A stretch of 64,000 bases of DNA from Callorhinchus milii (taxonomy: Eukaryota): positions 71,364,001 through 71,428,000 of the forward strand of contig NW_024704742.1 of NCBI RefSeq assembly GCF_018977255.1. The letters run 5' to 3'. Shown here piece by piece: positions 24,370 through 35,831 of the stretch. How positions within the stretch are numbered: the first letter of the stretch is position 1; every line of letters begins with the position of its first letter. The position numbers and the translations under genes were made by a program. The notes below the pieces were generated by a model. It ran no database searches and was not told the origin of the DNA. It saw only the letters and a list, made by a program, of their open reading frames with translations.

Positions 24370-25170
24370 CTTTTTTTTGGGGTCAGCCAGGTGTCTGGCA
24401 CATGTGGAAACCCATCACCGTGCTAAAGAGTATCCAAGGTTTGGGGACCCCAGAATGTGCATTGGATTAACTGCAGGAATTCAACCAGCTAAAACTGCAT
24501 ACCCTTCCATTGATATTGCTGTCTGGCAAGTTTTCCCGCTGTTTGTCCAGCTGGAACCACCCTACCCGTTAGGGGTTTGGCTTGCAGGGTTATCAGCCGC
24601 TGAGTGGGATGACTTCCTGCCCCCAGTGACTGGTCTACCCTTCCAGGTCCTGCCAATGAGCCAGGCTGGGCTGTGCTGTCATCAACAGTGCCCTGGAATA
24701 CTACGGACCTACCTGGCTCAGGAACCGGACTAGAGACCATCACAGAGGGCTGGCTTGATTCCGACATTACATTTCCAGACATGTCACCTTGGAGCCAGTT
24801 CAGCTGCTTATCTCCCCCTCTCCCCCCAAGGAGGATAGTCACTAGTTGGTCATTCGACATCCGACAAGCGAAAGTTTGAGCCTTCACTAGGTGGATGATA
24901 AGTACAAGGTACTCCTTTTCCCAAAGGCACTGCGTCTCAGCATGAAATGCATGAGAGCATTGCCACCGTTTTCCTGTCTGCAGCTGGGGCACACATCCCT
25001 TCCCATTGAGAGATGGTTCTACCAATTGGAGGTACGGAGTTTAAGCAGCAGCTGCTTCCCTCTCTGCCGGCCAATCAAGGTGGATTCCAGGCGCTGGATG
25101 TACGAACGTGTGTTCACAAACTCGGACTCCAGGTAACAACTTCTAGCAGCTGTCGCCCAATCCTCAGCTC
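24370..25170 (-). mobile_element. Longest copy of the poly(A) LINE family P: ORF C-terminal remnant with CCHC-like motif plus 3' UTR
   Basis: Minus translation across one stop: LLLKLRTSNW*NHLSMGRDVCPSCRQENGGNALMHFMLRRSAF, a degenerate Cx2C...Hx4C. It continues into the shared repeat and ends in poly(A) (T-run at 24371-24378). Confidence 0.6.
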
Positions 25171-25369
25171 CAAGCTTGGGAGCTACTAACCATATTAGTA
25201 ATGATGCATTGAAGTTTTGTGCTGTGCACAAAGTGGTAAAACTGGTTAAAATTGTAATTAGTGAGTTTAATATCTTATTGCTGATAATTCCATCATGTGA
25301 ATCAGTACCAATTTCGTCCAATGGGTAAATACTAACCACCTGTGACTCCATCACAAATGATCAACTGTA

Positions 25370-25990
25370 AACAACAACAAATTGCATTTATATAGGCCTT
25401 TCATATCAAGAGGACGCTGGACAGTAAAGAGCTTTCACTGAGCTGGGGCCTGGAGTGAAGAGGGGTGAGGGCATGAGGGATGGAGGTGGGACGATGACTG
25501 AAGGCACGGTCGAAGAGGAAGGAGGCAAGGGAAGGAGCCAGGTGGAGGGGCTCCGGGATGGAGTTCCAGAAGGTGGGGGCCGAAAGGCTGAACACCCGAC
25601 CTCTGATGGTGGAGCAGGCAGGGTGGGGGATATGGAGCAGGCCCACCGAGTGGAGGGGACAGATTGATAAAGTTTTAGCAGGTCACAGAGATCGGGAGAA
25701 GAAGGCCGTGGAGGGCTTTAAATGTGAGGATGAGGATCTTGAACTCTTTCCTCTGGGGGATGGGGAGCCGGTGGGGCCAGGCGAGTATGCGGGTGATTGG
25801 CTTACGGAGCCTGGTGCGGGAGAGGACACGAGCTGCAAATCTGCAATTTGTGGAGGGAAGAGTTGGGAAGTCCGGTGAGCAGGGAATTAGTGTAGTCATG
25901 ACTGGATGGAATGAAAGCATGGGTGAGGGCTTTGCACCCGAGAGCACCTCAGGTGGCAAAGATGGGCAATGTTGCAGAGGTGGGGGAAGG
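25370..25990 (-). mobile_element. L2 3' fragment
   Basis: [29 protein letters not shown]...FKILILTFKALHG plus tail. Confidence 0.8.
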
Positions 25991-26707
25991 CAGGCCCCAA
26001 ATCTGTCCCACAGCCACCACTGGACTCACCAAACCCTGGGATAGGAGCCAGGATACTGGTTAGCAGGATACCAGTTAAAGGGTCACTAATTACAGGGATG
26101 TTCGCGCTCGTTGTACCGGCTTAACTCAAAAACAATAAAACTGCACACCACAGTTCTTCTGAAGAGAAACAATGAGGAAGTTTGCAAAGAGAGAACTAAA
26201 AGACACAGCACTGTATAAAGTCATGACATATGCCTATGTATAGTTCTGAAAACTGCATTTCTGACCTTGCACAGCTCCCTCAGTCATGTACTTCCTTTAT
26301 GGTTGCACAACCCTGGGGCCGCAATCGACTTGACTGAGGTGTTAACTGAACCAATTGCATTGGCGAGTGGGTCAGCAAAAGAAGGATATTAGCTTAACAT
26401 AATCTTCAGATGCAAAAAACACTCATTCTCGCCTGCACGTACGCAAACACACACACACTGTCTCTCTCTCTCACAAACACAGCACACACACACAGAGACA
26501 CTGAATATTAATGTACACCGTTTATGGCGGAGAATTCTACATTGCCAATGCCTTGCGAGTAAAAGTAATTGTCACCCAGTCATCATGAGAAACTTCTCTT
26601 TTCAAAGAATAATGTCCACCTGAACAGACTTGGTTTAACATCTTATCTGAAGGATGGCACCTCCAACAATGTAGCACACCCCCAGCACTACATTGGAGTG
26701 TCAAGCC

Positions 26708-27215
26708 AACAACGACGACAACTTGTACTTACATAGCGCCCTCTATGCCGGGCGGCATCTCGGAATGCTTAGCAATGGTGGAGCCCAAGACCGAGCTGGG
26801 TGGAGGCAGAAGGTGACCGTAGGCGCAGTCGAAAAGGAAGGTGGGGAAGGATGGAGCGAGGCAAAGGGGTTGAGGGAGAGAGTTCCAACGTTTCGGGGCA
26901 TAGTGACTGAAGGCACGGACGCTAATGGTGGAGCAGAGAATTCGGGGGGTATGGAGGAGGCCGGACCCAGTAGAGCGGAGGCAGCGGGTACTGCTGTGGG
27001 GAAGAGAGGTGGTTGGAAAGATAGAGGCGTGGCAAGGAATGGAGGGATTAAACACTACAGTGAGGATCTTGAAGTTGATCCGCTCTGTGACAGGGAGCCA
27101 GTGGAATTTGGCAAGGACTGGAGTAATCAAGGTGCAGAGTTTGGTGGGGGTGAGAATGCAGACGGAGGTGTTTTGAATGAGCTGAATTTTGTGAATAGTG
27201 GAGGAGACTGGCGAG
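26708..27215 (-). mobile_element. L2 3' fragment (second subfamily)
   Basis: ITPVLAKFHWLPVTERINFKILT...WNSLPQPL plus tail. Confidence 0.8.
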
Positions 27216-27613
27216 TTCTATATAATCCACGCTACATGAGATCCGATGTGGGTCTTGAACTTACAACCTTCTGATTTAAAGAAGCAAGAGGTCTACCAAT
27301 GAGAATGCTGACACCAATTACTGCTCACTCCCTTGCCCACCAGCCAGTTCCAGCATAAAGGCAGTCAATTTCCTGCTTATTAACTGCCAACATCATGCGG
27401 CGCGTGCGCAAAGAAGGAAGTGAGATCAGTGTTGATGACCTGGAAGCTGTGGCCGACAGCCAGATCATTGCCAAGGTTAGTTCCCACTATGTATAGCAAA
27501 CAGAAAGTGACATCAATGGCAACCTAATGACCTGGAAGTCAGCCATTTTAGCTAGCCAGCATGTGGGAAGCAAGCTGGTTGCACTCATAACCGCTTATAA
27601 CCACTTATAACCA

Positions 27614-27953
27614 AATAATACTTGCATTTGATTTGGTGCCTTATCAGGTTGTTGTGACATCTCAAAGCACTTCATGCGTAAAATGGATTGACTGTGTAAT
27701 TTGTGGAGTGAAACGCGACAGCCAATTGTGCACAGCAGTGTCCCACAAACAGTCCTGGATTGAGTGACCATTTTTTTTGAGAGATTATTATCTCAGGGAA
27801 GCAATCCACCAATCGACTAACAACCGAGTTCCTACTTACTGCCGGGAGTGTGGAATAAGGAAACTTGCCTAAGGTTTCACCCCACCCGGGAACCAAACCC
27901 GGGTCCTCTTGCTTGTGAGGTGAGTATGCTAAGCACTACACTACAGGACTCCA
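27614..27953 (-). mobile_element. SINE family A copy
   Basis: Head ends at tacaggactcc; Deu-like core and tail present. Confidence 0.8.
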
Positions 27954-28304
27954 AATCCATGCTATAAAGAAGCAGATTCTAACAGAGATGCAGTGTATTT
28001 TTGTAAATGAATCTAGATAAGGGGTTAAATCTCCAGGAGACTCCCAAGCATCACATGAGAGAGAGAGATAGCGAGAGAGAGTTGCAACAATTCAGTGCAG
28101 CATGTAGCCAGCACAAGGTCAGCGGAACCTGAAAAAATAGGGTAGGAGATGAAGAATGATTATCCATAGGGAAACTTGCAGTATAGAAAGTATGCGATTG
28201 AGGCAAGAATCTCAAGGATAAGTTTAAGAAGCAACATACATTTCTAGAGCTCCAAAACATCTTAAAAGCATTTCGCAAATATTACTGTAAAGTGTATTGA
28301 CTGT

Positions 28305-28676
28305 GATAATCCCAGCATTTGATACAGCGCCTTATCACATCTTCTAGACGTCTCAAAGTGTTTCACAGAATACACTGTAAAGTGAATTGACTGTATATTT
28401 TGTGGGCGAAACGAGGCAGCCAATTGCGAACAGCAGTGTCCCACAAACAGTCATGGATTGAGTGACCAAATTTATTTGTTTATTTATTTTTTAAGAGGTT
28501 ATTACCCCCCAGAAAGTGATCCGCCAACCAACTAACAACTGGGTTCCTACCTACAGCTAGGTAAACAGAGGCGTGTGGAGTAAGGAAACTTGCTTAAGGT
28601 TTCGCTCTGCCCGGTATCGAATCTGGGCCTTTTCGCTTGGCAGGTGAGTGCTCCAACCACTATGCTACAGGACTCC
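28305..28676 (-). mobile_element. SINE family A full-length copy
   Basis: Head, core and tail as above. Confidence 0.85.
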
Positions 28677-29249
28677 ACAAAGTGTAGTGACTGTGTATGT
28701 TGTAGGGCAAACAAGAGCAATATTTTTGTGCAAAAGGGCCCCCTCAAACAACCAGAAGATGAACCGATGGTTTATCTGGGGGATTGTTGGTCAGGATATC
28801 AGGAGAAACTCCCTTCACTTTTCCAATAGCGCTATTGGTTTTTTAGTGTCTGTCTGAACAGGCACAGCCATTTAACGTTCCATCCTAAGGACAGCACCTC
28901 CAACAATGCAGCACTTACACCAGCACTGTATTGGAGTGTCAGCGTAGACACTATGAGTTCAAAGTCCCAACTTGGGGTTTAAACACATAACCTTGATTCA
29001 GAGATGAGAATGCTACCAACTGAGTCAGGCTGACAAACAGTCCCAAAGCTTAAAATGTAATCCTCCAACAGTCCATGTCTCTTATTGATTTCTTAACTAA
29101 CTTTATAATTCTCTCCTGCATTTCTCCACTCTGCTGGGGGATACTAAGAGCAGAGAGTCTTCCTACTTGGCCCCCCTTATCCCTGCAAGCCAATAATAAA
29201 TACAAATGCAAATTGGCTGCTGCGTTCACCCATAAAATACAGTTCAACT

Positions 29250-29640
29250 GAGTTTAGAAGGTTAAGGGGGTGATCTAATTGAGGCGTTCAAAAATGATAA
29301 AGGTATTTGATAGGGTAGTTACCCTGAAACTATTTCCTCTGGAGGGGGAATCCAGAACATGGGAGCATCATCTTAAAATTAGAGCTGGACCATTTTGAAG
29401 TGAAATCAGGAAGCACTTTTTCATGCAAAGGGTAGTGGAAATCTGGAACTCAAAAGGCTGTGGATGTGAGATCCATTCAAATTTTTAAGACTGAGGTAGA
29501 TAGGTTTCTATTAGGTAAGGGTATCAAGGGATATGGAGCAAGGGTGGGTAATTGGAGTTGAGGTACAGATCAGCCATGATCTTATAGAATGGCAGAACCA
29601 GCTCGAGGGGCTGAATGGCCTACTCCTGTTCCTATGGTCC
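29250..29640 (+). mobile_element. CR1 LINE 3' end
   Basis: tttagaaggttaagggggtgatctaattgagg...gatcagccatgatctt...ggggctgaatggcctactcctgttcctatg, typical of CR1 ORF2 end and 3' UTR. Confidence 0.8.
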
Positions 29641-31879
29641 ATTCACTTTACAGAATACCCTGTGAAGCTCTTTGAGACCTTAACGGGAAGGGTGTCCTAG
29701 CTGGACAAGTAGCCAGAAGCTTGCCATTGTTTACAGTTCTAGCTGGTTAAACTCCAGCAGTATCCCCAGCACATTGCTGTGTTCCCCAAATCTTGGCTCT
29801 CATCTCTACCGCCTCCCTGGCTCCTCCATTCCACACTCCCACCACTTGCTCATTCTGTGAAGTCATTCAGCCCATCACCTCCACCCTGACTTGGTTCTAC
29901 TGCCTCCGCATCAGCCTTCGTGCTCACATTCAAATGCCTCACCCCACCCTACTTCTGCAACCTACAGCAACAATACCGATCCAGCCACTCCCTCCACTCA
30001 GTGAACAACAACTTGCATTTATCTAGTGGCCCTCACACATGGTAGCATCTCATACTTGACAGTGGCGGATCATGACACTGAGCCAGGGGTGGTGGTGGGG
30101 GGGAAGGTGTGTGCCTGCATACGCGATCAAAGAGGAAGTTCTTCAGGTGTGACCTGAATATGGGGAAGGAGAGGCCAAGACCGAGGGAATGAAGGAGTGT
30201 TCCAGAGTTTCCGGGCACCCTCCCTCAAACCCCACTCCTTCCCCATTTTCAGGTCACACCAGACAATTTCACGTCCCGCATCCAATCCACCCCATCATCG
30301 GTGGGTAAGCTTTAAACCATTTTGCCCCATTCTTTGGAACACCATCAGTGTCTCTCTTCTTCACCCCTCCCTTTCCACCTTTAAAGCCTGATGTAAGACC
30401 CATCCATTTGACAGCACTTCCAGTTGTCAAGCTCCACATTCAGGGAGGGCTGCATTGTAAGAGGTCCCATCCTTTAGAGGAGACATTAAACCGAGGTTCT
30501 GTGTGTGGCTGTGTGCCTGGATACTAAAGATCATATAATACTATTGGAAAAGGGTAGGGAATTTCTCCAAATAATACTATTGGAAAAGGGTAGGTGTCCT
30601 GGTTCACAATCCCCCAACTAAAATTGGCCATTCACATTTGCCAATATGTAATGTGGCATGTTAATGTAAATTGTGAATAAACAAGTTCAATCCCATCTTG
30701 TGGAGTCCTGCAGTGTCGTGGTTAGTGCGCTTGCCTTGCAAGCGAGAGGACCTGGTTTCATTTCCAGGGCAGGGTGAAACCTTAGGCAAGTTTCCTTACT
30801 CCACATGCCTCTTGTTTATATAGCAGTAAGTAGAAACCCGGTTGTTAGTTGATTGGCGGATCATTTTCACCAGGTAATAATCCCATACATAAAGAATTTT
30901 TTTTGTCTTTGCTAAGGATCCGAAATCTCCATTCGTGTCCAAAATTCAAAGATGTCAGCACTGAAAAGATTTAACTCAAAATCTAGGCTGATATTCCAGT
31001 GCAGTATTGCAGGGAGAGAGTGCTTTGAGATGTCTCAATGCTGCAATAAGGCACTATATCAAATCCAAGGATTATTATATATCTCTCTGTGATACATAAC
31101 CTTTGACGAGGTTAACTAGCGTCATGCCATGCTCTGCACGAAAAACCCCCCACAGGATTTGTAAGTTTTCTGAAAAACATGTTTCTTTTATCCGTATTAA
31201 ACAATTTTATCTGCAATTTGCCACATTTCATAAACTTGACTTTTTTTCAACTCAGTCTCAGGGCGTAGGCAAGAAAGCTTCCCCTGGTTTGTCCAGCTGG
31301 GATCACCTATCCTATCAGAGCCTTTTACCAGGAGCTGTGGGAAGTGCGAAGAATCCATGCTGTCAGCTCACTGACCCAAGTGGCTTCTCTTTGGTTTCCT
31401 TCAAGGCACAACTCAAGATGCTCCCCTTCAACTGCGTTTTTGGTCACCTTCCTACCCCAACCCTCCGTGCTCTCCACCCTCCTGATCCCAACGCCCAGCT
31501 CAGGTCCAGTTCCCTGTAAGCACCTTGGGACATGCTCCCAGTGTGCAAGGTGCTGTGTAAATGTAATTTATTGTTGCTAATTATGAAATGCCACAAATTA
31601 TGAGATAATAGGTGAGGAAGATGCTTCATTTGATCTCATCCTTCCAGAATCCCCACCTGAGCTGTGAATGCCAGCAACGTCCTACAAACTGCCATGAAAT
31701 GAATGAGCAGGAGGTTGAATTTGGGTGATTGTTGGCCAGGATACTGGGACACATTCCATTCTCTTTGAGATCTTTACTGTTCACCTAAACAGGTACAGAT
31801 AGGAGCTCAGTTGAAAGACTCATCCAATAATGCAGTACTCCTTCCCCCGGCCAGCAATGTAAACCAGCACAAGCCGTAT

Positions 31880-32304
31880 GGAGTCCCATACATAGTGGTT
31901 AGAGCACTCCCCCTCGCAAGCGAGAGGACCTGGGTTTGATTCCTGGGCAGGGTAAAATGTTGGGCTGTTTCCTTACTCCACATGCTTCCATTTACCTAGC
32001 AGTAAGTTGGAACCCGGTCGTTTCAACGCCTTGGGATGTCCTCCCCAAAAGTGCTATGCAAATGTAATTTGTTGTTGTTAGTTAAGTGGTGGATTGCTTT
32101 CCGTGGGTAATAATTCCTCCCCCTCTCCCCCCAAAATATTCACTCAATCTATGACTGTTTGTGGGAAATTGCTGTGCACAATTGGCTGCCGTGCTTTGCT
32201 CACAAAATACAGTCAATCCACTTTACAGTATATTTTCTGAAGTGCTGAGATGTCTGAACGACGTGATAAGGCATCATATCAAATGCAAGAATAATTATTA
32301 TTAT
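31880..32304 (+). mobile_element. SINE family A copy interrupted by a short L2 tail
   Basis: Head at 31880; L2 tail at about 32021-32078 inside the core. Confidence 0.8.
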
Positions 32305-32459
32305 AACCCTAGCAAAGCACTGGAGCGCAAGCCTGGACTGTGAGCTCAAAGTCCCAGTGTGGGGCTTGAACCAATAACCTCCTTCCTCAGAGGGAAGAGT
32401 GGTACAGACTGAACTAGGCTGATATACAATATCATTTGAAAGTTACTTAAGAAAAACAT

Positions 32460-32840
32460 TAATAATTCCTGCATTTGATATAGTGCCTTATCATGTCATT
32501 AAGCGCTCTGGGCGCTACCCTGTGTGAAGAGTGCTATATAAATGCAGGTTGTTGATGTTTCAAAGGACTGCACAGAATATATTGTAAAGTGGATTGACTG
32601 TATTTTGTGGGTGAAAAGATACAGCAGTGTCCCACAAACAGTGGATTGAGTGACCAAATTATTATTTTATTTTAAGGGAATCTTACACCCGGAAAAGCGA
32701 TCTCCCAATCGACTAACCGGGTTACTAGTTATTGCTGGGTAAACAGGGGCGTGTGGTGTAAGCAAACTTGCTCTGCCCAGCAATCAAACCCAGGTCAGTG
32801 CTTGCGAGGTCAGTGCTCTAACCACCACACTACACAAGAC
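32460..32840 (-). mobile_element. SINE family A copy with an inserted L2 tail (about 32501-32555)
   Basis: SINE tail, core and partial head. Confidence 0.75.
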
Positions 32841-32997
32841 CTTGTTCCTCTCAGACGAATATCCAGACACATTCACAAATTCATTAATTGTGGCACAGCC
32901 AGTGTTTCATACATCAGAGGCCCCGATATTCACTCCCTCCCCTACCCTCCCAATCCCCCATCTCGATTTTACAGGCTCAGCTGTAAATAAAAATCTC

Positions 32998-33003
32998 TTT
33001 AAT
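32998..33003 (-). promoter_or_regulatory. Candidate DOK1 polyadenylation signal (ATTAAA)
   Basis: About 310 nt after the stop codon and followed by U-rich sequence; motif match only. Confidence 0.3.
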
Positions 33004-33310
33004 AGTAAAAAAAACAAAAAAATCTTCCGTACGTCCAATCTTTCTGGGCAGGAGTTTAAGCTCCATTTTAAAAAAAAAGCAGAGAAAGAGTTATGGAATA
33101 TTTCATCACTTCACTCCCTGCTAGACGATAAGGCAGCCGAGCAAGAAAGAAGATATTCAAATGAAACATAAAAGTGATAAAAATAATTCTCCCAAAGGTT
33201 GAGTGTTTGCCGTGCCCTGTACTCTCTCTCAGTTGTCTTTCTCAGATGCCGCCTCTGTGACTGTGTGTGTCTCTCTTGTTCTCTGTTGTCTCTCTCTCTC
33301 TCTCTCTCTC

Positions 33311-33917
33311 TCAAACATTCCCCAAATCCTCATAAATTGATTCCTGGGGGAGGCCGGAGCCATCGACTGACATCTCCTGCCCAGCCTGGCCTGACCTGGC
33401 AGATTTCACGACCATACTGTAGATGCAGTTGTTGGAGCAGTTGAAATTCCCTCTGCCCTGCGGTCTATCGTTCACGGGCTGTCCCTGATCCTTTGTCTCT
33501 GAGCGTCTGTCTTTCAGATTGCCAACTAGGGGCTTGGGCCCTGGCAGAGGTTTGAGCTTCCTGTTCCTGGCGGGCTCCTGCCCACCCTTGGCCACAGGAG
33601 GCACCAAATAATCGTCCATGCAGGGATTGTAAGGCACCTCGTGGCCCACCACCTCGCTCGTTCCTTTCCTCTTCCAAGCATCGCCCATGTCTGTGGTTTT
33701 CGCTTCGTCGTAGATGGTGCTTGGGTCTGGAAGAGGTTGTTGGCCCCAGCCCTCGGGCTCGTCGTAAATGTGATCCAGGGCCCTGCCTCCAGACCTAGGG
33801 AAGGCCACAGGCCCAGCAGGGTCATACTTGACTCTCTCGTACAAGTCAGCGTACAGCGGCTCTCCCCTGCCCCCCCGGCGTGGGGGTACTGGAGCTTTAC
33901 CCTCCTTCGCCGGGCAC
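33311..33917 (-). CDS. DOK1: DOK1 exon 6 (last coding exon, tyrosine-rich docking tail)
   Basis: gattctag|G TGC CCG...; encodes ...LYADLYERV...HIYDEPEG...IYDE...PYNPCMDDYLVPP...IYEDLGNV*. YDEP and YNPxxDDY are DOK1 motifs. Confidence 0.9.
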
Positions 33918-33920
33918 CTA

Positions 33921-34185
33921 GAATCATAATAATAATCCTTACATTTGATGTAGCACCTTATCAGGTCTTCAAGACATCTCAAAGCACTTCACAGAGTATA
34001 CTGTAAAGTGAATTGACTGTATATTTTGTGGCCGAAACGCAGCCGCCAATATCGCACTTCAGTGTCCCACAAACAGTCGTGGATTGAGAGACCAAATTGT
34101 TATTCAATTTTTTTTGAAGGGATTATTACTCTGAAAAGCGATCCACCAATTGATTAACACCTGGGTTCCTATTCACTGCTAGGGA
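33921..34185 (-). mobile_element. SINE family A (headless) whose tail abuts the DOK1 exon 6 acceptor
   Basis: Sense strand ends ...aaatgtaaggattattattatgattctag|G. Confidence 0.85.
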
Positions 34186-34199
34186 GACTAATTGCCTAA

Positions 34200-35292
34200 C
34201 TGTTTCTTACAGCACAGAAGGAGGCCATTCGGCCCATCGTGCCCATGTTAGTTTTTTGAAAGCTCCCCCGCTCTTACTCTACAAGAGTATAAGAAATAGG
34301 AGCAAGAGTAGGCCATTTGGGCCCTTGAGGCTGCCCCGCCATTTAATAAGATCATGGCTGATCTTCTAACCCAATTCAATTTACCCGTCCTATCCCCATA
34401 TCCCTCCAAATCTTTCCTTTTTGAAAGCTGTTATCGAATTTGCTTCCACCACCTTTTCGGACACTGCAATCCGCCTGCATACGGGCCTGGACCAAACTCC
34501 GTAACCACATTTCACCAGTTCTGGCCAGGCTCCACTGGCTCCCTATTCCCAAACCATCAACTTCAAGATCCTCACACTCATGTTCAAATCCCTTCACTCG
34601 CTGGCACCTCCCTACCTTTCTGACCTCCTCACTCCCCAATCCACCACCCAGTGCCTCTGCTGGACTGGCACCGGCCTCCTGCCTGTCCCTTGCACCCTCC
34701 GCCCCACCATCGAAGTTCACGCTTTCAGCCACTATGCCCCAAAACTCTGTCCCTCAATCCCTCCACCTTCCCCCCTCTCTCCCCTCTTTCAAATCCCGCC
34801 TAGAAAACTTTCCTCTTCGACCATGCTTACGGTCACTCGCCCCTCCCCCCAGCTCAAAATCAGGCTCGGCCACTGTTAAGCGCTCTGAGACACTACCCTG
34901 CATGGAGGGCACTATACAAGTGCAAGTTGTTGTAACAACTCTCTGGATAAAAATTTTTCCTCATCTTCCTTCTGGTCCTTTTGCCAATTATCTTAAACCT
35001 GTGTCCTCTGGTTACCAACCCAACTGCCAGAGGAAACAGTTTCTCCCTATCTACCCTATCTAAACCCCTCATAATTTGGAACACCTCTATTATATCTCCC
35101 CTTAACCTTCTCTGCTCTAAGGAGAACAATCCCAGCTTCTCTCGTCTCTCCACACAATTGAAGTCCCTGGCACCATTCTTGCAAATCTGTTCTGCACCCT
35201 CTCCAAGGCCCTGATATCTTTCCTGTAGTGTGGTGCCTAGAATTGACCACAATACTCCAGCTGAGGCCTAACCAGCAATTTGTAAAGGTACA
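34200..35292 (-). mobile_element. CR1 3' fragment(s) interrupted by a + strand L2 fragment (about 34470-34935)
   Basis: [12 protein letters not shown]...LGLFSLEQRRLRGDIIEVFQIMRGLDRVD...TRGHRFKI and two CR1 3' UTR ends. Confidence 0.85.
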
Positions 35293-35295
35293 AAC

Positions 35296-35831
35296 CTGGG
35301 CAGATTGTCCAGGGGGTCGGAGTAGAGGCTGTCAGCCCTGTGCTGAGGCCTGCTGGGCACCTTCACTGCATCCACGGGGTCTGAATATATGGAGCTGGGG
35401 TCAGAGTTCACTTGGGGCTTGGCAGTCTTGGGAATGGGCGAGCGGGGAGGGGTGGCGGGCGGGTCAGGCAGACTGCGGCCTTTCAGGAGTTTGGGGAGGT
35501 CCTTCTCCTCCGCCCCCATAGGGTTGACTCGGGAAGCCACTGTCAGCTTCGAGACCCCCACCCCCACCTCACTGGAGGAGGAGGAAGAGGAGGAGGAGTA
35601 GAGATTGGGGAAGACGGGGTCCTGAGAGCCCCGCTCGGCCCCAGCCTCCGCGTACCCACTCAGGTCCTGCTCGGAGGAGTGAAAGCTCCTGCGGTTTTCC
35701 TCAGCCTGGGCTTTCTGCTCCCGGATCCCACACTCCACTAGAAGGAAGATGTCGTTGCCATGCTTGGTCTCAAAGGTGAAGTTTCCCGCTCCAGATTCAC
35801 AGCGTCGCCCGGCTTCAAAAGAGAACATGAT
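35296..35831 (-). CDS. DOK1: DOK1 exon 5 (PTB C-terminus plus Pro/Tyr region)
   Basis: ctcgcag|ATC ATG TTC...CCC AG|gtttgt. Encodes [29 protein letters not shown]...IYSDP...LYSDP; 536 nt, phase 0 to phase 2. Confidence 0.92.

Noticed and set aside
30536..30595. 24-bp direct repeat ataatactattggaaaagggtagg with a 12-bp spacer
   Set aside because: Only two copies inside a decayed SINE; a local duplication, not a CRISPR-like array.
33918..33982. N-terminal part of ORF 33311-33982 ([19 protein letters not shown])
   Set aside because: Translation of the SINE tail; the same peptide appears in other SINE copies.
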